Source of the DNA: Amphiscolops sp. MND2022
Taxonomy: Eukaryota
DNA: 64,000 nt
Direction: 5' to 3'
Assembly (NCBI GenBank): GCA_964187785.1
Contig: OZ076410.1
Coordinates: 47,058,001-47,122,000 of the forward strand
In this document: in pieces, positions 61,601-64,000 of the stretch
Position numbering within the stretch: the stretch's first letter is position 1
Layout: each line of letters begins with the position of its first letter
Notes under the pieces: model-generated
Seen by the model: only the letters and a program-made list of their open reading frames with translations
Databases searched by the model: none
What the model was told of the DNA's origin: nothing
Translations under genes and position numbers: made by a program

Positions 61601-64000
61601 CTATTCCTCTCACCTATCTGTATCCGGAGTTCGCAGCCAGATCATTTGAATCGCATGGAGCTTATGTGGAGCATATTCTTGCTCGCCAGCAGGAGATTCA
61701 TGACTTGGTGCGTAGAAACACGCATCAGGCGCAACAACGTCAAAAGCTAAAGTACGATCGAGCTATTCGTGCAAACGCATACAATGTGGGAGACCCCGTT
61801 TGGGTATTCTGCCGCTATGTACCTCAAAAATAATCACCGAAGTTGATGAGAGCTTGGCGTGGTCCGCACAAGGTTGTCCATGTACTACAAGATGGCCGCG
61901 TCTATATCCTGGACTCAGGACAAAAAGTGCACTTTGAGCGGCTGAAACCTCATCATGGTGGCCCTACGGAGTTTGTTGCGCTTTCCTCGGGGAGTGGCGA
62001 AGTGGTCGTTGTCATGGATCCTGAGCCTGAGCACTCTGCTGAGGAGATCCGAGATGACTGCTCACAACCTTCATATCGCGATGAAGAACCGCTCTCTGAA
62101 GCATCAGATGTATCGCTACCATCAAGGAGACGCCACTGGATGGACACCAGGTTGCGTACTAGAATGCGAGCTGGAGGCAGTCGTCTCCACTATCAGCAAT
62201 TTGACTATTCCAGTTCCGACCCAGAGCGTTCGCGCACTGACGACTTGCTATCAGATGCCCGAGATCATTCCCAGGCAGAACTTCCGGCGCTATTCGAAGC
62301 CTCAATGCCTCCCGATGAACAACCTCGGTCATTTGAACCTGCCAATGACTACGAGCTTCCATTTTTATCCGAATCTGAAGATATTCCGGAAGTACCTCAA
62401 TCGCAAGATATTCCCGTTGCAACTGGAGAAGCCGAAGTATCTCTAGCGGGTACATCTGCTCCTCTGTTGACGAATCCTACATTGACGGATGTGCCTATTA
62501 GTATTCCCCAATTGCCGAATGGTACCTCCAACCTCTAAAACACTGAAACCCCTGACACCGAGTTATCCAACACCAACGAGCCAACTGCTAGGAACAATGT
62601 CCCTAGCACGCGTGGCAGGGGCAGATCGCGAGCTGCTCTATCTCGTTGTTCGTCACGAGCAACAAATTCCCGGTCGCAGAACGTGAGCGTGCACGCTCAA
62701 AGGACTCCCAGTCGCAGAGGACGTCCTCGAGAACGAACTCCTCGGAGGCCACGAGGACACACTAATTTTTCACGGCAAACTGCTCGTGAAATTGACACAC
62801 AGCCTTCAATTACATCGGATTCTGACTCTGATGCGCCCACCGCGCAGCTTTCATCCGATGTTGACCAAGGCGCAACGCAGGTTAACCCACACTATGGCTT
62901 ACGCCGGAATCGAGTACCTCGATATCGATGTGGAACCTGTGGGTTTCGCGATTGCACTTGTGTCATGGCTCTGAACAAATCGCCCACTATACCACTTGGA
63001 CCTGTGAAAGCTCCGGTGGATCCAAAGCCTCAACCTTTTATCCACAATGGTAAGCTTCTTGTCAGTCGCGTTGTCATCCGCGCAGATAAGACATACACCG
63101 GACTAGAAAGAGAACGTATCTTCCCAGTAGACGTCGTGCTGGAAGAATTATCTAAATCCAAGATTGCTGAGGAACCTTGTCCTCGCTTCAAGGAGTGGAC
63201 AAGCGATCCTCGCGGATTGGAATTCACACTTGCCGTCACAGTGCCTCCTGTCACTCCTAACATTTTATTTGGACCTTTCAATTATGAGAGGAAACCCATC
63301 CAAATGGTCCGCTGTATCACCGCTGACCTCCTATCTGACAAATACGGCATCACTTGTCAGCCTGGTGAAGTGTATCGCCCAGCCCAATATTGGTGGTTGC
63401 TTCTAACTGCCCCACATGCTCACTCTTTGGTTCAGCCTGACAGCTTGCGGAGCTGTCTAGAGAGTTTGCGGACTGTTGTCACTGAGGAACTCATATTGTG
63501 CTTCCACATCGTTGATCTTTATCGTGGAAAACTACGGTTCCGATGGTGGCTAGAGCTGATTATCACTTTGTTCGCCAGCTTCCCTCGTATCCGCCTTTTG
63601 GATGATTGGACCCATTCCTTCACCGAGCCTGTAACGATCCACACTGCACTTGGTACCCTGGATTCATGGTCAACAGCAAATGTGGATAATCAGTCTTTGT
63701 CGAGGTCCGTATGGCAGGATCTATCTGCTATTCGTGGACAGAACCATATAGACCCAGCTGATGAAAAAGGTCCCGGACGTCAGATTGTGTTTCCTGGTGC
63801 CCTACGACCAAATTTGGTCGACTACATTGTTTACGACCAAACTGATTTCTTGCAGGTGCAGGGCCACGTAGCAATTTGCTGCCCTGCAGACCTTAATACC
63901 AATTCTGCTGCCTTGCGCTACATTCTTCGCGAGTGTGGCAGCGACAAATTATTCCAACTTCGCCCAACAGTTGGTGAAGTCCTAGCTATCCCATCCTCAT
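58660..64000 (+). mobile_element. Second Ty3/Gypsy pol (RT-RH-IN plus long C-terminal extension); one frame, three in-frame stops; runs off the window
   Basis: RT FCCDFRPLN, YPLPRID, MPFGMCNA, YIDDI; RH LDTDAS, RVDNQAL; IN H-x4-H..C-x2-C, QSDNA, GLVERQNRTL; GPY/F-like WRGPHKV. ORFs 58804, 60955, 61843 and the 62539-64000 stretch are all frame +1, separated only by TAG 60922, TAA 61831 and TAA 62536. Confidence 0.93.
63256..64000 (+). CDS. Tandem degenerate TARG1/OARD1-like macrodomains at the pol C-terminus (second one truncated by the window edge)
   Basis: Manual frame +1 translation: MVRCITADL...QPGEVYRPAQYWWLLLTAPHAHSLVQPDSLRSCLESLR...RGKLRFRWWLELIITLF..IRLL, then IVYDQTDFLQVQGHVAICCPADLNTNSAALRYILRECGSDKLFQLRPTVGEVLAI. 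This follows the TARG1 pattern ITYVKGDLF..LAHCISED....IA..FK..FG...GEVAVL...YYLITK...YE.L..SL. Confidence 0.68.

Overview
AT-rich eukaryotic, probably invertebrate animal, genomic DNA: spliceosomal introns are present and there are no operons. The window is almost entirely nested transposable elements around two host genes. From left to right: (1) the right arm of a Maverick/Polinton-like element with a disrupted protein-primed PolB; (2) two tandem ERH (enhancer of rudimentary homolog) paralogs, one with a 2-kb intron; (3) a CR1-group LINE interrupted by TIR elements, one of which holds a second copy of the same LINE; (4) a CRE-like RLE fragment, an SGNH-like ORF split by a MITE, a hAT deletion derivative, a CMC-like TIR element, a further decayed LINE and a decayed BEL/Pao element; (5) a ~4.7-kb tandem duplication whose first unit holds a young 13.1-kb Gypsy element; (6) a second Gypsy pol. 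The most unusual object is the 13.1-kb Gypsy (1542-bp LTRs, CCCC TSD, empty paralogous site in the window). It has lost RNase H and integrase. It carries an antisense, five-intron, ~920-aa gene resembling a catalytically dead hAT transposase, about 20 same-strand CCG(C/T)ATA motifs in four arrays, an orphan ORF at the env position, and a Gag N-terminus encoded inside the LTR. The second Gypsy pol ends in tandem TARG1/OARD1-like macrodomains that the ORF track omits. All family assignments come from motif reading by eye; no searches were run, so they need HMM/BLAST confirmation.
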